A stretch of DNA of 64,000 bases, taken from positions 310,001 through 374,000 of IMG/VR virus record IMGVR_UViG_3300046665_000548; one strand, written 5' to 3'. A model generated the notes under the pieces. That model saw nothing but the letters and a program-made list of their open reading frames with translations, was not told the DNA's origin and did no database searches. How positions within the stretch are numbered: the stretch's first letter is position 1; each line of letters starts with the position of its first letter. This document shows, one piece after another, positions 1 to 11,173 of this stretch. Position numbers and translations under genes: made by a program.

Positions 1-1263
1 TATAGAATTGCCAAACCCGCCACCGGTAGGAGTAACTTGCTGACTCTTAACAACCGCAGTGTTAGCCGCGTGCACATAAGCAAAACGCCATTGATCGACT
101 GTGTACTTTGCAGCGCCCGAACTGACATGAGTGATCTGTGTATTGGTATTCTCTTGGCTTACTTCCATAAAAGGATTGGAAAGCATCTGTAGCGCGTAGG
201 CATTGGCCATTGAAGGAATGCTGTTTGCATTGATGCCGGAGAGCGTCCAGTAAACAATCTCAACCTTTTCGCCACCAATAAGCGCAACGGTAAGTGTGAT
301 TGCGTTGCCGCCCGGAGCAGAAAAATCTACGCCCTTGACTTGCTTTGTGCCATTGATGAACATCATCACAGAATTTGACGTGTAGTTACCTGTGGTGTTC
401 AGTACGGTCTGGCCCGCCGAGCCCGTCAAGATATCTTCATAGATTGTCTGCGAACTAGACGAGATCGGAGCCTGTGTGTTGTACACAACGTCAATCGTTT
501 CGGTGACATTACAAGCGACCGCAAATACAACAGCGGTACCGGTAGTGACGATAACATCACTACCATTGCTTTGGCGTATACCATTGCGATAAACGTCAAT
601 TGCGCCGGGGGTATAGGCGTACGTTGTAGGAAACGTAGTTTGACTAGCCGTTGGCGTAAACGTCTCGCGATACGCAGACGTGCCGGAACCACCTGGAAGG
701 GTTAAAGTCCCTTCAATGTTCACGTTCCCCGCGACGTTCAGATTCCCGCCAACACCGGCACCGCCACCAACTACGAGCGCTCCGGTGCTTGACGATGATG
801 AAGCCGTAGTGGCAGTGATTGACAATGCTGAAGAGAGGGTCGTTACGCCGGACACAAAAAGTTTTTTGGCGATCTCAACACCACCAGCAAACAAGGCAGC
901 GGCAGTTGTGCCAACGCCTGTAGCTTCCGTCGTGTCTTCGAATGCATAGATTTTCTTGGCTTTAGATGCGGGAAGATCACAAAAAAGAGCTTTGATACCT
1001 GCCGTCCATACGACAGCCGCGTTACCGTTACTGCTTTCGAAAATTTGGGTTGGCGTCAGTTCGTTGGCGGCGGTGTACGTGAAGACGCCAGTCTCGAAGT
1101 CATTGCCCATGCGGCGCGTAAGCCACGTCGTATCACCGACAGACATGAACGACGAAAATGTCTTAAAGCCGTTAGGCGATGCGCCCAATACAGTAGAAAG
1201 ACCAGTGCCCGAAGCCGGTGTGGTCGCTGTCTCTTGAATACTGTCTGCTAGTTTGAATGCCAT
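1..1263 (-). CDS. Tail-fibre-like virion protein (3' end outside window)
   Basis: Not in the ORF track because it runs off the window. ATG at 1263 gives MAFKLADSIQETATTP...FETGVFTY...IFESSNGNAAVVWTAGIKALFCDLPA, a typical fibre N-terminal module, then TGALVVGGGAGVGGNLNVAG and two ~65-aa 'F...Y....V..NG' modules. Confidence 0.75.
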   Translation of the reverse strand, partial: MAFKLADSIQETATTPASGTGLSTVLGASPNGFKTFSSFMSVGDTTWLTRRMGNDFETGVFTYTAANELTPTQIFESSNGNAAVVWTAGIKALFCDLPASKAKKIYAFEDTTEATGVGTTAAALFAGGVEIAKKLFVSGVTTLSSALSITATTASSSSSTGALVVGGGAGVGGNLNVAGNVNIEGTLTLPGGSGTSAYRETFTPTASQTTFPTTYAYTPGAIDVYRNGIRQSNGSDVIVTTGTAVVFAVACNVTETIDVVYNTQAPISSSSQTIYEDILTGSAGQTVLNTTGNYTSNSVMMFINGTKQVKGVDFSAPGGNAITLTVALIGGEKVEIVYWTLSGINANSIPSMANAYALQMLSNPFMEVSQENTNTQITHVSSGAAKYTVDQWRFAYVHAANTAVVKSQQVTPTGGGFGNSI

Positions 1264-1272
1264 CCCCAGTAT

Positions 1273-4200
1273 TTAGGATGTCACTGCGATCAAATGCGGC
1301 GACGGGAACACCATTACCGTGTTGTCACGATTTTCCATATTCAGCATGTTGACGTAGTAATCACCCTGCGGAATGCTGATGTTTAGCGGCCCTTCCTGGA
1401 CCTGCATGGTGTCCGGATATACGAACACGGTCATTTCTGGCTGTGGCCGCCATGCGCGATCCTGAATGGGTGTTCCTAGCGGAAGCTTGCTCAGCCATAT
1501 GCGCAGAGAACCATCTTGATAGGTCTGGCCGAACTTTGGCTTCATACGAAGGATACGCAGCTTTACTGGATCGTCCGTCACCTGGAGGATGAAGCACACC
1601 GCCTGACCGGCCGGGATGTCGTACTGGTTCTTGAGCAGGACCGACTGGCCAACTGGCGTAGCCATATGGAACGGATAGCTCGGTGCCTTTACGGTTGCTG
1701 AAACCTTACCGACAATGCGCGGAGCAAAATCAAGGATGATGTTCGACGCCGTTCCATGGATGTATGGACCGGCGAAGCCATCGCTGGTGAATGGCGCGAG
1801 AAGCTGCTCAACAGTGCTGGTGATGCCAACGCTACCAAACGCATCAATCGTGGCGTGGAGTGTGTTCTGGCCACGTGCACGGATCGGTGCGGGAGAGATC
1901 GCGATAGAGGTGAACGGACCAAACGTCGTAGCCTGTGCGCGGCCCTTAACGATAAGATCGAGGTTGGTGTTCTGAGATGCGCCACCGATTGTGCTCTGAC
2001 CGGAACCAGAGACCGAGGTATGTGGGATCGCAAACGAACCAAACTCGGGAACAGTGCTATTCGCGGTGCCTTCGACGGTAGCCTTGGTCCGGCCGACCGA
2101 CGTGACAGGCAAGATTGCGGCGATACTGGTGACGGAGACCAGCGCGCTGCCGGATGCGTTCTGAACAACCGGACCGATCTTCGCAACACTGAATGCACCG
2201 GCTTTGCGTTCGAGCGTACCCGCACTGGTGAACGGCGCAATCGTATTTGCGCCAGATAGCCGAGCAGCACTGTTAGCGGACGCAAATGACGTGACTGCAA
2301 GGGTCGATGAGCCGGTTGCCGTGGCAACCGCATCGGCAATAACCGTGGTATTGAAGTATCCACTGTTTTGTTCGGCAGAGCCAGCAATGACGGCTTTAAC
2401 GGAACCACTCGACAGGGTTGCCGGGATCGTATCGGACGCAGTACCGCGCAGGATACCGGAGACATCCGTTGTGCTCGTAAACGGCCCAACGCGTGAGGTG
2501 TCGTACGCAACAATCCTTGCCTTGGCAGCGCCAGACGAGGATATAGTCGGAAGTATCTGGTTTGCACTGCCGCCGTTGGCCCCGGTAGCTTGTGCAGCCG
2601 ACGTAACCGGACCAATCGTATTATTGGCAGAACCATCTGCGGTAACGCGGGCGATGGATTCGGAGGCAAATGGCGCGACCGTATTTGCACCCGATGCGCT
2701 GGCCCGGACGTAGGTTGTCGAGATAAACGGCGCAATGGTGATTGCACCGGAAGCACTGACTAGATCGACAGAGAGCCCCGCAGAGGCGAATTCGGCAAAT
2801 GCGGTGGCCGATGTCGCCCTAACTTGGACAGCGCCTTCTGTGACGCTCTGTAGGGCTCCGATGGACACTGTAGCGGTGCCGCTGGCGACCAACCCCAGAA
2901 GACCGGTGGAAGTAAATGCACCAACCGTATTGGTGGCTGCCGCTTTCGCGATACTCGACAGATTGCCATTGCTTGAATAGGCAGAGATCGTGGATGCCGA
3001 AGCACCAATGATCGGCGGGTAACCGCCAACAGCGATTTCCGTGAACGCCGAAATGGTCTGGCTGGCCGTACCACTGATGGATTCAAATATCGGAAGCCCG
3101 TGACCATCGGACAACACCGGCTGCACGGTCTGGGCAACATTAACCGAGACCCTGGCAAATCCTTCCGCAACGGATGTGATGGCGTTGATCGAATGTGTGA
3201 CCGAACCACCGATGACGTTACCAATGGTGGTAAAGCTTTCAAACAAACCGATTGAATTGGTTGCCGCAGCAGCCTTAACCAGAAGCTTGAATTGACCACC
3301 ATTGGTGAACGGCGTAATCGTCTGGGAAACATTAGCGGCATTTCCGCTGACGGAACCACGGCCTTGTGACGCGACGATAACGAAGCTTTGCGAAACCGTA
3401 CTATGGATTGGCGTCGTACCGCTTGCGACGTTTGTGAACGGATCGATTTGAAGCGCAGGAGCAACATCGACGCTCTGATCGATACGGACAGTTTGCGTGA
3501 ATGGAGCGATGTTATTCGCGGCCGAACCAACAATGACAATTTGAGCGCTAGCAACGGTCGCGAACGGATCAATGTTTTCGCTTACTATTGCGTTGACTAG
3601 ACCTGACGAGGTAGCGCTATTGACAAACGGTTCAATCTGGTTCGCAGTCGAACCAAGGTTTTGAACCACACCAAGCGTGACGTTCGAGAATGGCGCGATT
3701 TGCGTGCTAGCAGAAACCGTACCAATAGTCTGACCAGCCGCGACCAGAGCTTCTTGTGGAATGCTTTGATCCGCATACGCCCCAACGATGGCACGAGATG
3801 TGGATGTGCCGGTAATTGGCTCGATCAGTACGCTGAGAGAACCAACATCCAGCGCCTGAACGTTTGTACTCTGGGTGAATACGAACGAGGATGCCGCGCT
3901 GCCTAGAATTCCTACCTTGGCGGCGGACGCGGTGGTGAATTCATCAACGACAGATGTGCCACTCGCGTTACGCGTATTGAAGAGGTAGCCGTTCGAGATG
4001 AACTCGCCCAGGTTCGATGTGCCAATACCGTGGATGTTTTCAACAGTGCCCTCGGCATCAATCGAAAACAGACCAATCGAATTAGTACCAGACGCATTGT
4101 TCGTAACCTTGGCCGCACCATTCGACGCGATGTCAAACGTGGCAGTCGAAGTACCGGTGACGGTTTCCACAGCGACCGCAGCCGAGATAACCGGGCTGAT

Positions 4201-5493
4201 CGTGGATGGCCCAAATAGGCTCGCGAGTGCCTTTGCCGAAGCAGTCTGGGTCGCATTGGTGAAGGTTGACGTGCCGCTTAGAGACGCGAGGCCATTAACA
4301 ACACCAACGGACGTGACGGGAGCAATGGTCGATGCGCCTGCGGCGAGATCAGGAACCACTCCGATACCATTACTGGTAACGGAACCGATATTCTGCGCAG
4401 CCGTAACTGTGACGATTTCACTCGAAGTCGCGGCCGAGATGAACGGCGGAACGATTGAGTTGCCGCTGAGCAAATAGACCTGGATTGCATTCGCATCGGA
4501 GGAGAAGTCGCCAATTGTCTGTTCGGCCGAAGCGAAAGCTTTTGTTCGCGAAGTGAAATTGTCGATAGTAGCATCGACTGTCGCATGGATCGGAACGATA
4601 CCAACAGCACCAAGAGCGTATTCCTCGCTCTCGATAACCTCACCATCTTCGTCAAGTAGAAGCTCATCAAATTCGCCCGTTAGCGAATTATTGCGGTTTA
4701 CGAATGGAGCTATCGTCTGGTCAATTGACACAAACAAATCATAGAAAGCGTTCGTACCGACTATTCCAGTAAACCCGACTACTGTCTGATCGGCCTGCGC
4801 TACAATGAGAGTAGCGACGTTGCCTGAAGCAACAACCGCATCGATTGACTGAGCCGCAACACCACCAACGTTCGTTTTAGAACTCGCGGACTGCACGTAG
4901 GCGTCCATCGTCTGGGCCGCTGTAACGGTTACGCTGACGCTGTTAATAGCCGAACTGACTATTGGGTCCAGGGTTTGAGCCACAGTCGTCTTGACGACAG
5001 TCAAACTGTTTGCCGAGCCGACAATCGGGGCCAGGGTTTGGATCGCGAAGCCAGCAACGGTGTTCAAACCAATCGACGTTCCACCAAAGGGGTCAACGAT
5101 CTGATTGGCGTTGGCTTTTGCCGAAATGCTACTACTTGACGTGCTAACAAACTGATCAACCGCCTGGGTAGCGCTCGACTTGATCGAGTTCGCAAGGATT
5201 GCCGTCTGCCCGAATGCGCCAATTGCTTGAGTAGCAATAGCCGTTGTGGTGGCAGTAGCGCTGGCGGTCTCACTGAATGATGCTGGAGTATTGCTTGCCG
5301 TGACCGTAACACGTGCTGAAGAGCTACCGGAACTGCCGAACGCCGCAATATTCTGGCTCGCCGTCTCCGTGACGATGGCCGCAGCCGTACCCGACGTTTG
5401 GACAAGACCAATCGTATTAGCAGCCGTTCCCGCTACATCCGTAGAGGGGAAGCTTGCAAACGGCGCTGAGCCTAAAGATCGGTTACCTAACAC
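1273..5493 (-). CDS. Giant Ser/Thr/Ala-rich 21-aa-repeat fibre/scaffold protein (1406 aa)
   Basis: Phe recurs every 21 aa; globular C-terminal domain shared with 7077..10652 and 14261..22702; late TAAATA upstream (5525-5530, minus). Confidence 0.8.
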   Translation of the reverse strand: MLGNRSLGSAPFASFPSTDVAGTAANTIGLVQTSGTAAAIVTETASQNIAAFGSSGSSSARVTVTASNTPASFSETASATATTTAIATQAIGAFGQTAILANSIKSSATQAVDQFVSTSSSSISAKANANQIVDPFGGTSIGLNTVAGFAIQTLAPIVGSANSLTVVKTTVAQTLDPIVSSAINSVSVTVTAAQTMDAYVQSASSKTNVGGVAAQSIDAVVASGNVATLIVAQADQTVVGFTGIVGTNAFYDLFVSIDQTIAPFVNRNNSLTGEFDELLLDEDGEVIESEEYALGAVGIVPIHATVDATIDNFTSRTKAFASAEQTIGDFSSDANAIQVYLLSGNSIVPPFISAATSSEIVTVTAAQNIGSVTSNGIGVVPDLAAGASTIAPVTSVGVVNGLASLSGTSTFTNATQTASAKALASLFGPSTISPVISAAVAVETVTGTSTATFDIASNGAAKVTNNASGTNSIGLFSIDAEGTVENIHGIGTSNLGEFISNGYLFNTRNASGTSVVDEFTTASAAKVGILGSAASSFVFTQSTNVQALDVGSLSVLIEPITGTSTSRAIVGAYADQSIPQEALVAAGQTIGTVSASTQIAPFSNVTLGVVQNLGSTANQIEPFVNSATSSGLVNAIVSENIDPFATVASAQIVIVGSAANNIAPFTQTVRIDQSVDVAPALQIDPFTNVASGTTPIHSTVSQSFVIVASQGRGSVSGNAANVSQTITPFTNGGQFKLLVKAAAATNSIGLFESFTTIGNVIGGSVTHSINAITSVAEGFARVSVNVAQTVQPVLSDGHGLPIFESISGTASQTISAFTEIAVGGYPPIIGASASTISAYSSNGNLSSIAKAAATNTVGAFTSTGLLGLVASGTATVSIGALQSVTEGAVQVRATSATAFAEFASAGLSVDLVSASGAITIAPFISTTYVRASASGANTVAPFASESIARVTADGSANNTIGPVTSAAQATGANGGSANQILPTISSSGAAKARIVAYDTSRVGPFTSTTDVSGILRGTASDTIPATLSSGSVKAVIAGSAEQNSGYFNTTVIADAVATATGSSTLAVTSFASANSAARLSGANTIAPFTSAGTLERKAGAFSVAKIGPVVQNASGSALVSVTSIAAILPVTSVGRTKATVEGTANSTVPEFGSFAIPHTSVSGSGQSTIGGASQNTNLDLIVKGRAQATTFGPFTSIAISPAPIRARGQNTLHATIDAFGSVGITSTVEQLLAPFTSDGFAGPYIHGTASNIILDFAPRIVGKVSATVKAPSYPFHMATPVGQSVLLKNQYDIPAGQAVCFILQVTDDPVKLRILRMKPKFGQTYQDGSLRIWLSKLPLGTPIQDRAWRPQPEMTVFVYPDTMQVQEGPLNISIPQGDYYVNMLNMENRDNTVMVFPSPHLIAVTS

Positions 5494-5588
5494 TGCACGC
5501 CCCTAAGGGCGGTTGCCCTCTGATTATTTACCGGAAAGGCGGACTTTATAGAACCGGCCTTAGCCGGACTAAGTGTCTAAATATCTAA

Positions 5589-6290
5589 ATGAGATACCAC
5601 GAGATCATCAACGAACGTTCCGACAAGGTTTACGATTGGACCTCACCTATCACCCTTTACCGAGGATCGGGGCGCGGCAACCCCGACGCGTTTGCGGACA
5701 CCAAACTGGGATATCCGACGTTCACGGATGTTCGATACGTCGCCAACAAGTATGCGATTAAGGCTAACGACGGAAATGCACACACCCCGGATGGCAAAAC
5801 ATTCGCGTACAAGGTAAAAGTGAATAAGCCATGCCTGTTGTGGATGGTCGAGAATGGCCCGGAGAACGTGGTCGAGATCAATACGCTGCAACAGCGCTTT
5901 GGACTCACTGACCAGCAAATGGTCGAAATCGTGACTCGCACAGTACAGATTTGGCGAACCAACGGCGGCGACCGGCTACCTACGAACATTCAGCCAGAAC
6001 AGATCATCACTGTCCTACACGGGGATGAAGCATTTCTCCGCGATCACTGCATCTATACGGACTCGTACAGGATTGCAGATGATACGTCCTTCCAGACTCT
6101 GGCCAAACAGAAGGGGTACGATTCCTTTGTCTTGAGGGGACCGTACAATGGCGATCATGTGCATGACGGTCTCGATCATAGCGCGGACGTTGACGGCGCG
6201 CTTGAGTGGAAGGTCATGAACCCGGCATGTGTCAAGCTATTGGGCGAGGTTGTTCGTAAAGACGATATGCCTGCTGCGGGAGGCGAATAA
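5589..6290 (+). CDS. ADP-ribosyltransferase-fold (ART-PolyVal-like) protein, putative internal head protein
   Basis: LYRGS...FTD...A.KYA...YKVKVNKP...KGYDS..L...EW motifs; N-terminal MRYHEIINE leader; TAAATA 5 nt before the ATG. Confidence 0.55.
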   Translation: MRYHEIINERSDKVYDWTSPITLYRGSGRGNPDAFADTKLGYPTFTDVRYVANKYAIKANDGNAHTPDGKTFAYKVKVNKPCLLWMVENGPENVVEINTLQQRFGLTDQQMVEIVTRTVQIWRTNGGDRLPTNIQPEQIITVLHGDEAFLRDHCIYTDSYRIADDTSFQTLAKQKGYDSFVLRGPYNGDHVHDGLDHSADVDGALEWKVMNPACVKLLGEVVRKDDMPAAGGE

Positions 6291-6291
6291 G

Positions 6292-6954
6292 ATGGAGATG
6301 AGAAAGCTTATAGACCTCACCAATGAGTCGGTACTGAACGAACTCCAGGGTTATCGGGACGGCACACTCGATGACGTACAGCAGGCGCTGACTGGAAGCA
6401 CGAAGAACCACGATGTTCTAGCAACGTTTCAGAGCTTTCTTGCCCAGAAGGGTTTCAAGGTTATTCATTCTGGCGGCTTCGGGATCGTCTTCTCTAGGCC
6501 CGACTTGAACTACGTGATCAAAGTCTTCTTGGATGACCCCGCCTATTTGAAGTTTCTGCAATTTTGCTTCAGTAGCTCCGATCCTCATTTGCCCAAGTTT
6601 CGAGGGAAGCTGATCCCTATCCTGAAGGGGCGCATCCATGCAGTTCGCATGGAACGCCTCAATCCGATTAGCTCGGGCTACGGCAATCTGATTTCAAGCC
6701 TGGAAGAATTCGCGGTCTCTCACTTTGACCCCGAAGGTTTCATAAACGACTGTCACCAGTACGGTGATCCCCGAAATATGGGGCTGCTAGAGCAGAATAA
6801 GGGCGTATTGGAAACCCTGGATAGATTACGAGCGCTGGAGACGCCAGACATTCGCTTCGATCTAAAGCCAGACAATTTCATGATGCGCGGTGACGTTCTG
6901 GTCGTAACCGATCCATTCTATTCTCATTCGGCTTGGATGCGCGGAATCGCCTAA
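6292..6954 (+). CDS. T7 gp0.7-like protein kinase
   Basis: Gly loop SGGFGIVF, YVIKV, PHLPKF, catalytic DLKPDN, VVTDP; start moved to ATG 6292 (GGGAGG upstream); paralogue of 34181..34828. Confidence 0.7.
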   Translation: MEMRKLIDLTNESVLNELQGYRDGTLDDVQQALTGSTKNHDVLATFQSFLAQKGFKVIHSGGFGIVFSRPDLNYVIKVFLDDPAYLKFLQFCFSSSDPHLPKFRGKLIPILKGRIHAVRMERLNPISSGYGNLISSLEEFAVSHFDPEGFINDCHQYGDPRNMGLLEQNKGVLETLDRLRALETPDIRFDLKPDNFMMRGDVLVVTDPFYSHSAWMRGIA

Positions 6955-7076
6955 CTGAACTGGGTTACAATAATATCGATTCCTCCATAAATATTTCCAG
7001 GTGGGATCAGATGAAAATTGACGTTCTAGTAAAAGTCGTGACAGTCGGCCCTCGCCGTATGCGAGAGCGGTAACTC

Positions 7077-10000
7077 ATGGCCATTACAGTATCCCGCTTT
7101 GAAAACTTTATATTCAATTCAAAAGACGCTGACGACAGCACTCTTTTGCGTGACGACCAGGGTTTTCTGCTTGTCGATGACGGTAGTAACCCGCTTCTTG
7201 ACGAAGATGGCAGTTCGTATCCCGTAACTCCTCCGATCAATATCCTGGTCGGGATAGACGACAATCAGATCATCGCTAGTTTTACGAGTTCCGACATTGG
7301 TGCGGTTACCGTAACCGCCTCGTCTACCTCCAGCGTTGGTCAATTCACGAACACGGCCAATAATTATGCCCTCGGGTCCGCGAGCCAAACGGTTGGGGCC
7401 TTCTCGACCACCACGGTTATTTCAGCAATCGCTTCGGCCTCGGGCGCGAACGCAATCGAATCGTTCTCGTCTGCGGGAACTTTGCGCGCTGTTCCATCAT
7501 TGTCGGCCAACCAGACGATCACTGGTTTTAGCGATACGGCAAACGGACTCGTAACGGCATCCGGTTCGGCTTCGCCAACAATCGGGACGTTCATAAGCTC
7601 CGCTATTGAATCAACAATCGTTAGCTCCTCGACCGTATGCCAAATTAACCCGTTTGTTAGCGCCTCGATTGGCTTTGTTAGAGCAACTGGTTCGTCGGCC
7701 TTATCAGTCGCTCCCATAACATCGACATCGGTTGTGTCCGCCGTCGCGACGCTTTCTGGATCGCAGGTTATTGGTGCATTCGTTGACGCCGGAACTGGTC
7801 TGGCAGTTGTCAGTAGTTCAACCGTTTCGGTTATCAGTCCGTTCACGGTAACCGCGAACAGTTTCGCCCGAGTATCATCTAGCACGGCTTCCCAGGTTGG
7901 TGCTGCTACAACTAGTTCGGCTGCGGCAGTAACCGTGGCGGGTTCCGCCGCACAGTCAATGGGCGTGCTTACACCGACCACATCCGTGGCCGTCACCGAC
8001 GCCGCTTCGGTAGCACAAACAATCGCGATATTCACCAATACAGCGAGCGCAGAACGTGTTGTATCTGGATTGGCATCGCAGTCGTTTGCGGCGTTCACAA
8101 ACACGTCGAATGCTTCAACTAAAGTTTCGGTTACTGCATCCCTAACTCTGGAGCCATTTACAGAATCTTCGAGCGGTACCGTTCAAGTATCGGGCGTGAT
8201 CGTTAATTCTAGCGGACCGTTCGCGAGTACGTCTAATGCGTCGAGCACGGTTGCGGCATCCGCCGCACAGTCGTTTGATGCGGCAACCACAATTTCACTT
8301 GCCTCGAATAAAGTATCTATAACGGCCAATCAACTTGTTGCTCCAATTGTAGAAGCAGCAACTAGCGCGACGGTAGTTACCGGTTTGGTCGTGCAGACGG
8401 TTGGGGCGTTTTCGGCCTCTTCAAGTGTGTCCGTCATATCAACAGGTTCCGCCTACCTACCGGCTTCTAATCACACAGATGATGAAGATTTCGCGGGAAT
8501 TGGTCCGTTCAAGAACATCGCGGCGGTTGGCGACACTTTTGTTTCCGGCGTCGCAAACCAGTCCTTCGCGGTCTTCGTAAACAATTCATACGATTCGGTG
8601 TTGGCAAGTGCGTCGGCAACATCTGTTATTGACCCGTTCACGAACACATCTGATGGCGATGTTCGAGTATCAGCAACTGTAGCTCAAATCATCTCGAATG
8701 TTTCGTCTGCATCTACCGTCCGAGGCGTGGTGTCTGTCTCGGCGTCTAATCTGATTACGCCGTTCACGACGACAACAGTCATTAGCGTTATCTCGACTGG
8801 CTCCGCAATCCAAACCATCGAAGGCCACACAAGCACGGGTTCTATTTCTGCCGTAGCTGGTATCGTTTCGACAACATCAGTAGCCCCGATTACTTTGGTA
8901 GCGACCGGCGTTAGCATCGTGTCAGCGACGACCTCAAGCCTTGTTGGGCCGGTATCGTCCGTTACGGCTGGCTCCATCATAGTATCGGGCTCAGCGACAC
9001 AGACTTTCGATAACGTTACTTCAATATCGAACAATTTCTCGCCAATGTCTGGCGATGCCGTCCAGCTTATTGGCCCAGCCACGAGCGCATCAATTACGCT
9101 CAACCTAGTACGATCATCAGTTACGCAAACGTTTGGTGCATTTACGGGTACGGCCTCCTCCTCGGCGCAGGTCAGTAGTTCGAACACTACTACACTTACG
9201 CCCATCATATCGTCGGCGGAAGGTAATGCGCGATACATCGGTTCCGTTGATGTCACTATTGAGGAATTTATTAGCACGGCGGATGGATGTGTTCAACGCG
9301 TTGACGGACTTGCAGATAGCGTTGTTGGCGATTTCATATCAACTGCGATCACGCGCTCCATCAATTCAGCAACCGCAACCCAGACGTTTGACGACTTTAC
9401 CCAAGCATCGGGTGGAAGCCAGGAAATTCGGGTCTGGGGCACGTCAGAGATCAATAACGCATCGTCAAATGCGTTTGGCTTCGCGCAGGTTTCCGGTGTA
9501 TCTGCGGCTCTAATTGGTCCCCTTAGTACGAATGGAGCGGCCAACGCGGTTGTATCAGGAACCCCACTCGGGGTCATCGAACCGTTCTCTGACATAGCAT
9601 CCGTGATGGTGACGGTTTCGTACTCAGGAACCGTCACGATTCCCTCACTGATCAGCACGACTGCGGGTACCGCAACCAATGTCACTTACGGTCAGAGCAC
9701 GATTGGAAACTTTACATCTATCGACGTTGCCGGTCCAATTGTAGTCGCACGACCAGCGACCCAGGCGATAGGCATCTTCACGAACGTTGCAAGCTCGAAG
9801 GCTATCGCTGGTTTGACCGCTGCGACCGTGCTGCAAATCACCTGCGCGGCAAGCGGCACGATTACCGTCTCGGCATCGGTAGATCAAACGCTGCAAGATT
9901 TCGATAACGAGACAAACTATATTCCGACCGGCATGCCGGATATGGTTCTGCCAGATGTAATAAGCTCGGGAAGCGCAAAGACCAGAATATTTGGTTACGG

Positions 10001-10652
10001 GCTCAGTGCCGTGCAGCCATTTTCGACGGATAGCATTGGCTACCGTATAGCTTCGGGAACTGCTAACGGAAGCATCGGACTGCCAACGGGCACGATCTCC
10101 GCTAATGTACCCGTGTCGGGATCAATCACCGATCTTGTCGCACCGCTACTGAGCATCAGTACGGTTAAGGTAGCCATTGTTAGCACACCAATCATCTCTG
10201 ATATTGTGATGCCGGGTGACCGTGCATACGGTTTGTTGGGATCGAAGAAGAAGATCACTCCTCCTCTCTATCCGTACAATATATTCGATACGCCGCCGAT
10301 CAAGCGCACGCGCTATGAGGTTCTTGGCATGGAGGCGGCTTGCTTCGTCATCAAGATGAACAATTTGCCGATGCAATTGAGACTATCGCGCCTGCCGAGT
10401 TTGAATGGTTTCCAGGATAACACGCTACGAGTTTGGATCAGTCGTGCCCCTATGAGTGCGTCAGTAAAGAACGGCGCTCTTTGGTATCTCAACAAGCGCG
10501 GATTGATAGTTAAAGTCCTTCCCTTGAACGTACAAGGGGACCATTTCTCGGTCGAGGTCGGACAAGGGGACTACTTTTTGAACGTCCAAAACCTTGAAGG
10601 GAAGGCAACCCAAATCTTCCTAAATCCCGCGACGACGATAATGACCGCATAA
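7077..10652 (+). CDS. Giant 21-aa-repeat fibre/scaffold protein (1191 aa)
   Basis: 21-aa periodicity; acidic LLxDDG motifs near the N-terminus; shared C-terminal domain (QDNTLRVWIS...GDYFLNVQN). Confidence 0.8.
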   Translation: MAITVSRFENFIFNSKDADDSTLLRDDQGFLLVDDGSNPLLDEDGSSYPVTPPINILVGIDDNQIIASFTSSDIGAVTVTASSTSSVGQFTNTANNYALGSASQTVGAFSTTTVISAIASASGANAIESFSSAGTLRAVPSLSANQTITGFSDTANGLVTASGSASPTIGTFISSAIESTIVSSSTVCQINPFVSASIGFVRATGSSALSVAPITSTSVVSAVATLSGSQVIGAFVDAGTGLAVVSSSTVSVISPFTVTANSFARVSSSTASQVGAATTSSAAAVTVAGSAAQSMGVLTPTTSVAVTDAASVAQTIAIFTNTASAERVVSGLASQSFAAFTNTSNASTKVSVTASLTLEPFTESSSGTVQVSGVIVNSSGPFASTSNASSTVAASAAQSFDAATTISLASNKVSITANQLVAPIVEAATSATVVTGLVVQTVGAFSASSSVSVISTGSAYLPASNHTDDEDFAGIGPFKNIAAVGDTFVSGVANQSFAVFVNNSYDSVLASASATSVIDPFTNTSDGDVRVSATVAQIISNVSSASTVRGVVSVSASNLITPFTTTTVISVISTGSAIQTIEGHTSTGSISAVAGIVSTTSVAPITLVATGVSIVSATTSSLVGPVSSVTAGSIIVSGSATQTFDNVTSISNNFSPMSGDAVQLIGPATSASITLNLVRSSVTQTFGAFTGTASSSAQVSSSNTTTLTPIISSAEGNARYIGSVDVTIEEFISTADGCVQRVDGLADSVVGDFISTAITRSINSATATQTFDDFTQASGGSQEIRVWGTSEINNASSNAFGFAQVSGVSAALIGPLSTNGAANAVVSGTPLGVIEPFSDIASVMVTVSYSGTVTIPSLISTTAGTATNVTYGQSTIGNFTSIDVAGPIVVARPATQAIGIFTNVASSKAIAGLTAATVLQITCAASGTITVSASVDQTLQDFDNETNYIPTGMPDMVLPDVISSGSAKTRIFGYGLSAVQPFSTDSIGYRIASGTANGSIGLPTGTISANVPVSGSITDLVAPLLSISTVKVAIVSTPIISDIVMPGDRAYGLLGSKKKITPPLYPYNIFDTPPIKRTRYEVLGMEAACFVIKMNNLPMQLRLSRLPSLNGFQDNTLRVWISRAPMSASVKNGALWYLNKRGLIVKVLPLNVQGDHFSVEVGQGDYFLNVQNLEGKATQIFLNPATTIMTA

Positions 10653-10714
10653 AACCCGGTCATTCTGGGTGCGAGATAAATACTCCCACAGACCCTTTGT
10701 GAGGAGTTTTTACA

Positions 10715-11119
10715 ATGGCACTTCAGTTCGACACTACGCTCCGAAACACGATGCTCGATTCCATCGAGACCTCTATTTCGGCTGGTGGCGCTGGCAAGGT
10801 TCAGATTTGGACCGGTTCAGTTCCCGCCAATTGCGGCGCAGCAAGCACAGGCACGAAGCTTTGGGAGTACACCCTGGCAACCGATTTCATGTCTAGCGCA
10901 TCCGCTGGCTCTAAGGCTTTCAACCCGGTTCCGCTTTCGGCAGCCGCCGTCGCTACCGGTACTGCTGGTTATTTCCGCATCGTGAACAACGGCGGCACTG
11001 CTATTATGCAGGGCACTGTTGCTACCTCGGGCGCTGATCTCAACCTGGACAACACCAGCATCAACTCTGGTCAGACCGTGCAGATCACATCGTGGACCGT
11101 TACCGCTCCTGGCGCGTAA
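10715..11119 (+). CDS. Small virion structural/fibre subunit (134 aa)
   Basis: RN..LD.I...IWTGS.P...ATGTAGYFRI...GTV..SGADLNLDNTSI..GQ.V.ITS pattern common in phage structural proteins; own late promoter (10677), GAGGAG RBS and terminator. Confidence 0.7.
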   Translation: MALQFDTTLRNTMLDSIETSISAGGAGKVQIWTGSVPANCGAASTGTKLWEYTLATDFMSSASAGSKAFNPVPLSAAAVATGTAGYFRIVNNGGTAIMQGTVATSGADLNLDNTSINSGQTVQITSWTVTAPGA

Positions 11120-11146
11120 CGACCTAAACGATCAGATCAAGTAATC

Positions 11147-11171
11147 AGGGAGGGCTTTGCCCTCCCTTTTT
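11147..11171 (+). terminator. Rho-independent terminator
   Basis: AGGGAGGGC-TTT-GCCCTCCCT followed by a T run, between convergent genes. Confidence 0.8.
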
Positions 11172-11173
11172 GT

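Noticed and set aside
7011-7073. Val-rich 20-codon uORF (MKIDVLVKVVTVGPRRMRER) before the 1191-aa gene as a second attenuator
   Set aside because: No terminator or antiterminator follows; at most translational coupling.
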